Of a stretch of 64,000 bases of DNA, positions 35,875-45,297 are shown piece after piece. The stretch comes from an uncultured Francisella sp. Its GTDB lineage: Bacteria; Pseudomonadota; Gammaproteobacteria; Thiomicrospirales; Thiomicrospiraceae. Positions within the stretch are counted from its first letter, which is position 1, and each line of letters starts with the position of its first letter. The notes beneath the pieces were generated by a model. The model saw only the letters and a program-made list of their open reading frames with translations, was not told the DNA's origin and ran no database searches. A program made the translations under genes and the position numbers. The DNA lies in assembly GCA_964493995.1 (NCBI GenBank), contig CAZBQD010000002.1, positions 20,901 through 84,900 on the forward strand, in the 5' to 3' direction.

Positions 35875-35900
35875 CTTCATCCTTTTGAGATGAAGGCTTT
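35858..35900 (-). terminator. Rho-independent terminator of the hydrolase gene
   Basis: A 12-bp stem forms from aaagccttcatc and gatgaaggcttt with a 7-nt loop. On the minus strand it is followed by a T-rich run. Confidence 0.7.
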
Positions 35901-35954
35901 GAAACCAACATTCAGAGCTTTTATGACATCTGTTCTATGTTGAACTGCGTCCGA

Positions 35955-36842
35955 TCATTTTAGAAATTTAGCCACAGCGGCTGCCACGTCTTCGTTAGCT
36001 AGATCGACGAAGAAATGATCGCCGCCGTCAATGGTGGTGATGGTGACGTTTTTCTGGTTTTTAATCGCTTCTAAACGTTTGGGCAGCTCAGGCACCACCG
36101 TATCTTCTGACCCGACAATAACCAACGTGGGTTTTTTGATGGATTTCAGCACTGTGGGTGTGTCAAATTTGGGTTTAACGTCATAGTAATCAACAAAGGC
36201 TTCAGCCGTAACCTGAGATTTTTCGCAGTAGATAAAGTCGGTGTCCTTCATCATCTGCTTGCCTTTACCGGCTTTGACCATCTCTTTCGCATTTTTCAGT
36301 ACAGAATCGAGGGATTTGCCGTATTTTTCTTGGTATTCTTTACCAGACTGTTGCTCGCCGGTAGCGGGCGCCAGCAAAATAACCTTGTTAATGGCGTCGC
36401 TGTCTTTCTCACTCACATACCAGGCAATTTGATTACCACCGCGAGAATGTCCCATCACTGACACTTTCTTCACGCCTTGTTGTTTGAGCCAATCCATCCA
36501 AACACCGACTTCGGCAATGGCATCGCTATGTTTGTGGGTGTGTGGTGTGGCGCAATCATACTCGCCTCGACGATCACTGAGTCCCAATGAAAGGTTCATT
36601 GATAAGCTTGTAATGCCTTCTTTCGCTAAATTGTTTTGTAAGTCGGCGTAGGTCGAACGACCATTGTGTGTTAGCGTGCCATGCAATAATAACACCACCT
36701 TGTCGCCATAGCTTTTGCCATCGGCATAGACCAAATTGGCGTTAAGGGTTTTGCCTTGGTAGGTTTGTTTGACATCTTCAGCAGATGCTAAGCCAGAAAC
36801 ACTGAGTAGACTGGCAAAAAGTAGGGCTGATAGTTTTTTCAT
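35955..36842 (-). CDS. Secreted alpha/beta hydrolase
   Basis: Signal peptide MKKLSALLFASLLSVSGLASA and nucleophile elbow GHSRGG. Confidence 0.7.
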   Translation of the reverse strand: MKKLSALLFASLLSVSGLASAEDVKQTYQGKTLNANLVYADGKSYGDKVVLLLHGTLTHNGRSTYADLQNNLAKEGITSLSMNLSLGLSDRRGEYDCATPHTHKHSDAIAEVGVWMDWLKQQGVKKVSVMGHSRGGNQIAWYVSEKDSDAINKVILLAPATGEQQSGKEYQEKYGKSLDSVLKNAKEMVKAGKGKQMMKDTDFIYCEKSQVTAEAFVDYYDVKPKFDTPTVLKSIKKPTLVIVGSEDTVVPELPKRLEAIKNQKNVTITTIDGGDHFFVDLANEDVAAAVAKFLK

Positions 36843-36970
36843 GGTCTTCTCTCTTTTCTGTTGTGAGCGTGGGTAATGTTTACTACTTAAATTTAACGGG
36901 AATTAGGCGGCGTGTCAATCAAGGTAATTTGAATTTGAAAGCCAGTCTATTTGATGTGTTAAATGACACA

Positions 36971-37005
36971 AAATAAAAACCCCAGCATGAACTGGGGCTT
37001 TTTTG
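36971..37005 (-). terminator. Rho-independent (bidirectional-looking) terminator after fabI
   Basis: A GC stem ccccag/ctgggg with a 6-nt loop is flanked by an A-run and a T-run. Confidence 0.65.
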
Positions 37006-37027
37006 AGAGGGTCTGCTGAGGCTGGTA

Positions 37028-37807
37028 TTAAGCGGCGGCGACGATATTAAAGCCGCCATCGACATAAATAACGTGCCCCGTGATACCGCTCGATAAGTCA
37101 GAAGCTAAGAAAGCCGCTGTATTACCCACTTCTTCAATGGTAACGTTTTTACCCGTAGGGGTCATGTCGGCGACATTATCAAGCATGGTGCGGAAATCTT
37201 TAATGCCACTGGCCGCCAGGGTGCGAATCGGACCAGCGGAAATGCTGTTCACACGAATACCGTCTTTACCTAAATCGACTGCTAAATAACGCGTGGTGGC
37301 TTCTAATGCCGCTTTGGCAATACCCATGGTGTTGTAGTTAGGGACGGCTCTTACCGCACCCAAATAAGATAGGTTAATGATGCTCGCTTGGCGACCTTGC
37401 ATTAAGGGATAAGCCGCTTTAGTCAAGGCGGTTAAGCTATAAACACTCACTTCCATGGCGGTGTGGAAGCCTTCGCGCGTGCCGTTTTCGATCATTTTGC
37501 CATCAAGTTCATTTTTAGGGGCATAGGCGATGCTATGGACTAAAATATCGAAACCATCTGCCCAAACGCCTTTGACGCCTTCCATGCAGGCCGCGATTTG
37601 TTCATCACTGGTAGCGTCAAGTGGGAAAATGGCAGGACTATTCAATTCTGCAGCAGCGGCTTCAACACGACTTTTCAGCTTTTCGTTTTGGTAAGTCAGA
37701 ATGACTTCAGCGCCTTGAGCGTGTAATTGTTTGGCAATACCCCAAGCAATAGAACGATCATTGGCAACACCGATAACGAGGGCGCGTTTGTTGGCTAGAA
37801 AACTCAT
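37028..37807 (-). CDS. fabI: Enoyl-ACP reductase (NADH) FabI
   Basis: 259 aa. The N-terminus KRALVIGVANDRSIAWGIAK and the Y-x6-K region (YNTMGIAKAALE) are typical of FabI. Confidence 0.92.
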   Translation of the reverse strand: MSFLANKRALVIGVANDRSIAWGIAKQLHAQGAEVILTYQNEKLKSRVEAAAAELNSPAIFPLDATSDEQIAACMEGVKGVWADGFDILVHSIAYAPKNELDGKMIENGTREGFHTAMEVSVYSLTALTKAAYPLMQGRQASIINLSYLGAVRAVPNYNTMGIAKAALEATTRYLAVDLGKDGIRVNSISAGPIRTLAASGIKDFRTMLDNVADMTPTGKNVTIEEVGNTAAFLASDLSSGITGHVIYVDGGFNIVAAA

Positions 37808-37920
37808 GAGAAACTCCTGTATTGGTAACGTATGACGGCTATTATAGCCTGATGTCAGGTTTTAGGCGACTTTGCACACAGCGCAATCGTTTCGACAAAT
37901 GAGCGAAAAGACCTTGCTAG

Positions 37921-38036
37921 GCTCAATGCTGTTCACTTAAAGAATCTTTCCGTTCGCCCTGAGCTTGTCGAAGGGGTGTAGGTAAGCAACCCGTGGTTCG
38001 ACAGGCTCACCACGAACGGTTAAATGAACAGTATTG
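37921..38036. repeat. 116-nt nested-palindrome MITE/REP-like element, copy C
   Basis: Near-identical to 26312-26427. It sits between the stop of the GGDEF-EAL gene (38041) and the fabI promoter region. Confidence 0.8.
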
Positions 38037-38040
38037 CATG

Positions 38041-40071
38041 CTAGGCTTGGTGATTGAGAATGAAGGCTTCGGCTTGCTCAACAATCAGCGGTTGACTGTA
38101 GAAATAGCCTTGTATGTCGTGGCATCCGGCGGCAACCAGGAAGTTCTTTTGTGCTTCCGTTTCCACCCCTTCGGCAATGGTATTGATCGAAAAACTTTGC
38201 GCCAAACCAATAATGGCGGTGACAATCGCCGCATCTTCATAATCATCGGGTAAGTCTTTCACGAAGGATTGATCGATTTTCAAGGTGGTGATCGGCAGTC
38301 GTTTTAAGTAGGCCAGCGAGGAATAACCCGTACCAAAGTCATCAATCGATAAGGCAATGCCCAATGCTCGAATGGCTTCTAAAATGGGAATAATTACGTC
38401 GGGGTTGGTCATCACTTCCGATTCGGTAACTTCTAATTCAATCCAATCGGCTTGAGCGCCTGTTTCTTGTAATAGCGATTGTAAAAAGGGAATGAAATCG
38501 GGTTGTTGAAGTTGTTTCAACGCCAAGTTCATCGATAACACCCCTGTGTTTAAGGCCTTGTTACGCCAGGTCACCAGCTGTGAAATGGCTTGGCGCATCA
38601 CTTGGCGATCGAGCTGAACAATTAAGCCTGTTTCGATGGCTAGGGGGATAAAACGACCGGGCGGAACGATTTTTCCCTGTTGGTCTCTCATGCGCACTAG
38701 GGCTTCGAGACCAATCAAATGATGGCTAAAACCATTCATTTTCGGCTGATAAACAACGATGAAGGACTGATTGGCCAAAGCAAAGCGAATTTCGGATTCG
38801 AGCTGAACCCGCTCTAGCGCACGATGCGTCATTTCACAGGTGTAAAATTGGTAGCCATTACGACCCAGCTCTTTAGCACGATACATGGCTGAGTCGGCAT
38901 TACGCAACAGCGTTTCTGGCGTTTGTGCGTCGTCGGGATAAAGGCTGATACCAATACTACAGGAAATGAACACCGTTTTACCATTGACGACCAGCGGTTG
39001 TTTGAGCTGTTCATTTAAGGTGTTAGCGATATCACTAATCAACCCCAAGTGATCAATTTCTTCAACCAATACACAAAACTCATCACCCCCCATACGAACA
39101 ATGGTATCAATAGGGCGTAGGTTCTGTTTGAATATGGCGGCGACTTCAATGAGTAGGGCGTCACCGGTTTCATGACCATAGGAATCGTTGACTTCCTTAA
39201 AATGATCTAAATCGATGAACATGACCGCAACATAATGTTGCGATTTTTGAGAATGTTCAATCGCCCGCTGAAGTCGATCGACTAAGATCACTCTATTGGG
39301 TAACTTAGTCAGACTGTCGTGACTGGCTTGATAAGACAATTCTTTAATTTGCGATTTGAGCGATTGAATCATGAGTTCAAAGGCTTTACCCAAAGTGGCG
39401 ATTTCATCATTGCCATCAAATTTGGGTAGTTTGACCTGAAGTGTGCCTTGCGTAATGGCTTGTGCTGCTACAGCCAGTTGGCTAAGTTGAGCCACCATAC
39501 TTCTGAGCAGCAACCAAGTAATTAAGGCGCCCACCAACACGGCAATCAAGGCATATAAAACCGTATTGTGTAGTAACCGAGATGATTCCTGCTGAATAAA
39601 GCTGGTGTTAGACAGAATACGCGCATAGCCAATAATCGATTGGTCTATCATAATGGGAACGATGCTATCTAACTGAGCTTCGTTATGCCAATATTGGCTC
39701 GGCTGAGCCGTGGTAGTGGACAATAATGACTGTTGCCAACGTTGACTGAAATCGTCATTAAGCTGTTGACCTAAATAAGTATCCGGTACAGCCGCTTTGA
39801 CTTGACCGTGATGATCGACAACAAACACCATATCGACATCACCCAATGCGGACGTATTGTTCACCAGTTCTCTCAGACTGTTTAAGTCATTGTTCAACAG
39901 AGGAATGAGGGCGTTATTCGCAACCACTTTCGTTAAGTCTAATGCCTGTTGTTGCGCCTGTTGCGTCAAAATGGTGTGCTGTTTTTTCAGCACATCAATG
40001 ACCATCAGTCCCATCAGCAAGCTGAGGGTAACGATAACGCCAATAATCAATCGGGTATTAATGCTATTCAT
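38041..40071 (-). CDS. Membrane sensor diguanylate cyclase/phosphodiesterase (periplasmic domain-HAMP-GGDEF-EAL)
   Basis: Two transmembrane segments, GGDEF (RMGGDEFCVL) with an RxxD I-site (RPID) upstream, and EAL motifs (LEALVRM, ELTE, DDFGTGYSS). Confidence 0.88.
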   Translation of the reverse strand: MNSINTRLIIGVIVTLSLLMGLMVIDVLKKQHTILTQQAQQQALDLTKVVANNALIPLLNNDLNSLRELVNNTSALGDVDMVFVVDHHGQVKAAVPDTYLGQQLNDDFSQRWQQSLLSTTTAQPSQYWHNEAQLDSIVPIMIDQSIIGYARILSNTSFIQQESSRLLHNTVLYALIAVLVGALITWLLLRSMVAQLSQLAVAAQAITQGTLQVKLPKFDGNDEIATLGKAFELMIQSLKSQIKELSYQASHDSLTKLPNRVILVDRLQRAIEHSQKSQHYVAVMFIDLDHFKEVNDSYGHETGDALLIEVAAIFKQNLRPIDTIVRMGGDEFCVLVEEIDHLGLISDIANTLNEQLKQPLVVNGKTVFISCSIGISLYPDDAQTPETLLRNADSAMYRAKELGRNGYQFYTCEMTHRALERVQLESEIRFALANQSFIVVYQPKMNGFSHHLIGLEALVRMRDQQGKIVPPGRFIPLAIETGLIVQLDRQVMRQAISQLVTWRNKALNTGVLSMNLALKQLQQPDFIPFLQSLLQETGAQADWIELEVTESEVMTNPDVIIPILEAIRALGIALSIDDFGTGYSSLAYLKRLPITTLKIDQSFVKDLPDDYEDAAIVTAIIGLAQSFSINTIAEGVETEAQKNFLVAAGCHDIQGYFYSQPLIVEQAEAFILNHQA

Positions 40072-40077
40072 AAGCCG

Positions 40078-40977
40078 TTACTCGAGTCCTGATGCTTGAT
40101 AAGCTTTCAAAAAGTCGCGCACAGGTTCGTAGTCGGCGTTAGTGGCGGGTAAAAATCCTTCGCAAGAGGTGGGTGCAAGTAGTGACTTGCCGCGTTCCGT
40201 CTCGGCTAGGTGTACCAGTAAGGCGCTGACTGAGTCTCTTAAAGAAGCGGGCACATCATCACGTACCACCCAAGCATTGTTCACCAGCGAGGGCGTTTCC
40301 CAAAGGGTTTCTAGTTCCGTTGCCGCTTGGGGAAATTCGCGTTGCCAGGCATGGTAAGCCACCGGCCAGGTGGCAGCGACATCAGTGTCTTTGTTATAAA
40401 CATTCATAATGGCCGAAAATTGAGAGGTAACGTAGCGCGGGTGCATTTCTTTATCGACATGAACACCTTGTTGATACAAATAGTATTTTGGCATCATGGT
40501 CGCTGCTAAGGCAGTTTTGGCGGTAAAGGCGATAGAGCGCTGTTTTAGTTGCGCATGTTGCGTGATGTGGCTGTCCTTACGGGCGATAATCACCCCTTTG
40601 AAAACACTATCGGGTGCCATGCGGGCGGTGACGCGATAGCCGGCATCGAGACTAGCCAAGGTTTGGTAAGGATTGGGTAAGGCAAAATGATAATAACCCG
40701 AATTGAGCTTTTGTTCGTAGGTTGTGTAGTCGGGCGATGTTTCTAAACTAAAGTCAACGTTGGGTATTTGCTGCTCTAAATAATTGAGAATAGGGGCATA
40801 AGCGGAAAAAAGTTTCTGGCTGTTAAGGTAGGGATGAATGCCGACAATGTAATGCTCTTTGTGATGCGGGGCGGCAGTGGGTTGATAACTAGGCTGAGCG
40901 GAAGAGGAGTCGCAACCCAGTAAACTGAGCGTACAACCCACGATAAAGCCCCATGTTAACCACTGACCTTTCATCAT
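40078..40977 (-). CDS. PhnD-like periplasmic substrate-binding lipoprotein
   Basis: Lipobox LSLLGC, with the length and pattern of a type 2 periplasmic binding protein. It lies immediately upstream of the GGDEF-EAL sensor, so it is a likely ligand-binding partner. Confidence 0.65.
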   Translation of the reverse strand: MMKGQWLTWGFIVGCTLSLLGCDSSSAQPSYQPTAAPHHKEHYIVGIHPYLNSQKLFSAYAPILNYLEQQIPNVDFSLETSPDYTTYEQKLNSGYYHFALPNPYQTLASLDAGYRVTARMAPDSVFKGVIIARKDSHITQHAQLKQRSIAFTAKTALAATMMPKYYLYQQGVHVDKEMHPRYVTSQFSAIMNVYNKDTDVAATWPVAYHAWQREFPQAATELETLWETPSLVNNAWVVRDDVPASLRDSVSALLVHLAETERGKSLLAPTSCEGFLPATNADYEPVRDFLKAYQASGLE

Positions 40978-40988
40978 CGCCCCCTAAA

Positions 40989-43058
40989 TCAGAGACACCA
41001 TTCTTGCGAAGGGTTACAGCTTTTGCCGGCATTCGCGAGTTGTGTATTGAGCGGTTGTAAATAATCCGCCAGTCGGGTGGGTTGATCGCTCAGTCCTTTG
41101 CGTTCGAACACCATCATATATTCCATCACAGCTTTGACGTAATCGCGCGTTTCTTTGAACGGAATCAGCTCAATCCACTGATCCGTCGGCAAAGTCGGTT
41201 GTTGTTTTAGCCACTGCTTGACTCTGAATCCGCCTGCATTGTAAGAAGCGGTTGCCAGCACCAAATTACCATTAAACTCTTTTTTCAACTGCCCTAGTAG
41301 CTTAGTACCAAGATGAACATTCAGTTCGGGTTGGTAAACATCCCTTAATTGTTGAATGGGCGCGAGCGCTTGCGCTGTTTTGGGCATGAGTTGCATTAAT
41401 CCCATGGCGCCGGCACTCGATTTAACATCCTGTGCATAGGCACTTTCGCGTCGCATGATGCCATAAGCCCAAGCCAGTGAAATGTCGTGTTGTTCGGCTT
41501 TAGGTCTCACAATATCTTGGTAAGGCGTGGCAAAACGCAGGGTGGTGTAGTTCCAGTGTTCTGGTTTGCCCAAGGATAGGACGGCAAAAGAATGCCAACC
41601 CATCGATTGAGCCAACTGTGCGTAACCAGGCACCGCATCGGGACTAACTTTTTGAAGATTGCGAGCATAAACCCACTCGCGCCAAGCGACCTCTTTCAAT
41701 CCCGCTTCGTACAAGGCTTGCAATCTTTGACCTAGAGCTGATTGATGCGCTTGTTTCAGTTGTTCGGCACTGACGGCTTGCGTATTCAGTTTGTACTCTT
41801 TACCCAATACATCGGCGGCCATGAAACCGTAGTAACTGCGTTGTGCCGCCAGTTTTTCTAACAAGGGTTGCGCCTGTGCCGCTTGGTTGGTTTGTATTAG
41901 GGCTTTAGCGCGCCAGAATGTCCAGGCCTCTTGCGGCATGTCTTCTGGCATTTTCTGGGTCAGTTTAATCATCTCATCCCAGTTAGAATCGCGCAATGCT
42001 TGCTGCAATAGTGGCAACAAACTGGCCTCATCGTGCGCACTGGCATCAATTTTAGCCAGCCAGGTCAATTTTTGTTCGGGTTGCAGTTTGGCCAGTTGTA
42101 CAAACAGTTGTTTTTCGACTTTGCTCTGATCGGAGGGACTAAAGGGCAAAGCAGACTTAGCCTCTTGCCATAATGCCAGCGCTTGCTCGGCATTATTTTT
42201 AAGTTGCTGCTGAATCAGCCAGATAAAGGCTTCCGCATCTTGTTCGCGCTGAGCAAAGACAGCTTGATCTGTCAAACGCTGCGCATTGGCCGCTAGGTCA
42301 CCGTTAAACAAAGTCTGTAAGGTTTGATTGTAGGATTTGAGTGAATCGGGCAAAAGCGCTTGTTTACGGGCGGCTTCATCGACACGGCCATTTGCGTAAA
42401 GCTGTTTTAACTTGGCCATCCACTGAGCATCGGACAGCATTTGGCTACTTTCTAATTTTTGATAAAGCGCCGTGCAACTGGCGCTCGATTTTTGCTCGCC
42501 CAACCAGCGAGTAGCGCTTTCTGCTAACCAAGCATTGTTGTCTAAAAAACCGGTCGCAAATTGCGCCGACAACACTGAGCAACGGGCATTACCTTGGCTA
42601 AGTTGATCTTGATAGCTGATTAATTGCAGCCAGTCTTGGCGCATTTCTAACTGTTCCGCCCAACGTTGCGCTAACTGATTAGCCCAGCCGGTATCGCTAA
42701 ACTGCTGAATATAAGCAGCAATGGCGGCAGAGTAGGCTGGCTCATTCACCACCGACTTGAGCCATTGATAACGAGCAAAGGCTTCTAACGGGGTCTGTTG
42801 AAATTCGGCTGCCATGCTTTCGGCTTGTTTGGGGTTATTAATGGCTGTTTTTTCAATTTGCATCAAGCGTTCGCCCTGAGCGCTGAGTAAGGGTGCATTT
42901 GGCGCAACGTGCACACGATGCTTGTTGGCCTGTCCTGACTTGGCCGTCGTTTTGGCTTTCTCTGGGTTACTGGGACTAGATGAGGCCAAGGGCGACACAC
43001 AGAAACAAGCCACTGTGGTTATTAAGGCCGTAATGTGAGAGGCTTTATTGCTGGTCAT
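40989..43058 (-). CDS. slt: Soluble lytic murein transglycosylase (Slt70-like)
   Basis: 689 aa with a signal peptide, a superhelical repeat region, and a C-terminal SLT catalytic motif (RRESAY...GLMQLMP...YNAG). Confidence 0.85.
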   Translation of the reverse strand: MTSNKASHITALITTVACFCVSPLASSSPSNPEKAKTTAKSGQANKHRVHVAPNAPLLSAQGERLMQIEKTAINNPKQAESMAAEFQQTPLEAFARYQWLKSVVNEPAYSAAIAAYIQQFSDTGWANQLAQRWAEQLEMRQDWLQLISYQDQLSQGNARCSVLSAQFATGFLDNNAWLAESATRWLGEQKSSASCTALYQKLESSQMLSDAQWMAKLKQLYANGRVDEAARKQALLPDSLKSYNQTLQTLFNGDLAANAQRLTDQAVFAQREQDAEAFIWLIQQQLKNNAEQALALWQEAKSALPFSPSDQSKVEKQLFVQLAKLQPEQKLTWLAKIDASAHDEASLLPLLQQALRDSNWDEMIKLTQKMPEDMPQEAWTFWRAKALIQTNQAAQAQPLLEKLAAQRSYYGFMAADVLGKEYKLNTQAVSAEQLKQAHQSALGQRLQALYEAGLKEVAWREWVYARNLQKVSPDAVPGYAQLAQSMGWHSFAVLSLGKPEHWNYTTLRFATPYQDIVRPKAEQHDISLAWAYGIMRRESAYAQDVKSSAGAMGLMQLMPKTAQALAPIQQLRDVYQPELNVHLGTKLLGQLKKEFNGNLVLATASYNAGGFRVKQWLKQQPTLPTDQWIELIPFKETRDYVKAVMEYMMVFERKGLSDQPTRLADYLQPLNTQLANAGKSCNPSQEWCL

Positions 43059-43515
43059 ATCTTTTACCCTTGTTGCTCACGCTTGTGAATGTTATTGCTA
43101 TTACAGTTGGGCAGCTCTAAAATCCCCACTTCGTGGCATTTTTAGAGTCCCAAAGTTTATTTTACCTCTGGTGGAAGGGATTAAATCAAAGGGTTGCATG
43201 TTCTTTTTTAGACCCCTTCCCCCAGACCCCCTTCACGCTAGGATTTTTAGAGGTCATTAGCTATATATACTTCGATTATATCTTAAATCAACCTAAATAG
43301 CGTTAATTAAGTGCTTTGCGCTGCATTTTATAAGATTTATAAATTGCGTATATAAAATAGTTTTATTACGTAATTAACATAAGTAGCTTTGTTGAAATAA
43401 ATCAGCAATGATAGAATGCTAAAGTTTAGCTCAATTCGACTAAGCCCACTGAGCGCAGCTCCTGCACTGAGTAACGATCATAAATTAATTGATTAACATG
43501 AGAGGTATCCTTTCC

Positions 43516-44853
43516 ATGATGAAAGATGAAGCACCTGTAATGCAAGGTCGTCGTCGGTTATTAGCCGGCAGTATTGCCACAGCCTTTGCTTATTTCACCG
43601 GTTTAGAGTCGGCTATTGCGGCACAAGAAAGCAGCAAGCCAGTCAACATTGCCATTGTCGGTAGTGGTTCTGCGGGTATCAGCATTGCTAACCGTTTAGC
43701 AAAAGCCTTACCTAATGCGAAACTGACCATCATTGATAAAAAAGTAGATCATTACTACTGGCCAGGTTTGACCCTTGTGGCAACCGGTTTGTGGTCGAAA
43801 GCAGACGTCTTACCAGGTAAAAATACCGACTTCTTACCGTCGGGTGCTAACGTCAATCTCGTTAAAGAAATGGTAACCAGCTACAACCCCGAACAAAACG
43901 AACTGACCACCGATGCCGGTCAAACCATTAAATATGATTACCTTGTCGTCACCAGTGGTATTGAATACAACTACGAAGGCATTGAAGGCATGGATGTGAA
44001 CGCGATTGGCAGCAACGGCTTGACCAGCGTTTACCACAGTCCCGATATGGCAGAAAAATCTTGGCAAGCGATTAGTGAATACAGCAAGAAGGGTGGTAAG
44101 GGTATTTTCACTTTGCCATCGACCCCGATTCGTTGTGCTGGTGCGCCACTAAAAATGACCTTCTTAACGCTCGATCAGTTAAAGCGTAACGGTGGTTTCG
44201 ATAAAGCGCAAATGAACTTCTACTCATCAACCGGTGGAGTGTTTGGTTTGCCTTGGTTTAACGATTTTGTCATTAATCGTTTCAAAGAAAACAACATGGA
44301 CGTGAAGCTGAAAACACAACTGAAAGCTGTTGATGTTGCGAAGCGTGAAGCCACCTTCAGCACTGAGGATGGCACGGCACTGACCACCAGCTATGACCTG
44401 TTACACGTGGTTCCACCCATGCGCGCGCCTAAGTCGGTTCGTGAATCTGACTTGTCTTGGAAAGAAGGCGGTTTTGCCGGTGGTGGCTGGCTAGCTGTCG
44501 ATAAAAACACCTTACAACACGTTAAATACGACAATGTTTTCGGTTGTGGTGATGTGAATGGTACGCCGCTGGGTAAAACCGCAGCTACGGTCAAAATGAG
44601 TGTGCCGATTGTGGTTGCTAACTTGTTAGACACCATTGCTGGCAAAGAGCCCAGTGCTAAGTTTAATGGCTACACTTCGTGTCCGTTGATCACTCAAATT
44701 GGTTCGGCCATGCTAATCGAATTTGATTACGACAAAAATCTCATTCCTACCTTTAGCTTCATTAATCCACAACAAGAATCTTGGTTCGCGTGGATTATGA
44801 AAGAGCAAATGCTCAAGCCTGCTTATTTAGGCATGCTCAAAGGCAAAGTGTAA
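43516..44853 (+). CDS. sqr: Type II (SQOR-like) sulfide:quinone oxidoreductase with a twin-arginine signal
   Basis: FAD motif IAIVGSGSAGIS. Catalytic Cys contexts PIRCAGAP and GYTSCPLIT resemble mitochondrial-type SQOR. A Tat-like sequence, QGRRRLLAGSIATAFA...AIAAQE, is present. The start is ambiguous among 43489, 43498, 43516 and 43540. Confidence 0.8.
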   Translation: MMKDEAPVMQGRRRLLAGSIATAFAYFTGLESAIAAQESSKPVNIAIVGSGSAGISIANRLAKALPNAKLTIIDKKVDHYYWPGLTLVATGLWSKADVLPGKNTDFLPSGANVNLVKEMVTSYNPEQNELTTDAGQTIKYDYLVVTSGIEYNYEGIEGMDVNAIGSNGLTSVYHSPDMAEKSWQAISEYSKKGGKGIFTLPSTPIRCAGAPLKMTFLTLDQLKRNGGFDKAQMNFYSSTGGVFGLPWFNDFVINRFKENNMDVKLKTQLKAVDVAKREATFSTEDGTALTTSYDLLHVVPPMRAPKSVRESDLSWKEGGFAGGGWLAVDKNTLQHVKYDNVFGCGDVNGTPLGKTAATVKMSVPIVVANLLDTIAGKEPSAKFNGYTSCPLITQIGSAMLIEFDYDKNLIPTFSFINPQQESWFAWIMKEQMLKPAYLGMLKGKV

Positions 44854-44875
44854 TTAAAGGTAGGAGAAGAAAATC

Positions 44876-45226
44876 ATGTCTGCTTATGAAATCAGTTTAG
44901 CAGTGGTCACTCTGTTGGGTTTCCTGGAACTGCACTTAACCACAGTCGTGGTGGTGATTGCCGCCTTGGTGCTGTTGTACGGTATGTTGTTGGCGAAAGG
45001 CAAGGGCTTGGTGCATGGCAAAGCGTTCATCAATAGCATTGTTATTGGTATTGCCGCTTGGGTATTGTTGATTCTGGTGTTGCCGAGCGCCACTATGTCG
45101 TCATTGGCTCAAGTTACTTACTGGGTCGATTGGTTATTCTTAACCATGATCGCTGCTGGTTTTGCTTTTGTGCTGACATTATTGGTTTATCCAGTGTTGG
45201 CCATTCAGCAAGCGAAAAAAGCTTAA
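44876..45226 (+). CDS. Small integral membrane protein (3-4 TM) co-transcribed with sqr
   Basis: AGGAG lies 9 nt upstream of the ATG. The 116-aa product is almost entirely hydrophobic helices. A terminator follows. Confidence 0.55.
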   Translation: MSAYEISLAVVTLLGFLELHLTTVVVVIAALVLLYGMLLAKGKGLVHGKAFINSIVIGIAAWVLLILVLPSATMSSLAQVTYWVDWLFLTMIAAGFAFVLTLLVYPVLAIQQAKKA

Positions 45227-45264
45227 GCAAAAGCTTCTCTCAATCCGTTAGGGTTGAGTCAGTC

Positions 45265-45297
45265 AAAACAGACAAGGGCAGCCTTGTCTGTTTTTTT
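45265..45297. terminator. Bidirectional Rho-independent terminator between convergent genes
   Basis: A 13-bp stem forms from aaaacagacaagg and ccttgtctgtttt with loop gcag. It is flanked by an A-run and a T-run. Confidence 0.75.

Noticed and set aside
43048-43260. 70-aa plus-strand ORF spanning the slt start and the repeat-motif region
   Set aside because: It begins inside slt on the opposite strand and has no RBS. Its sequence is explained by the repeated or palindromic non-coding motifs.
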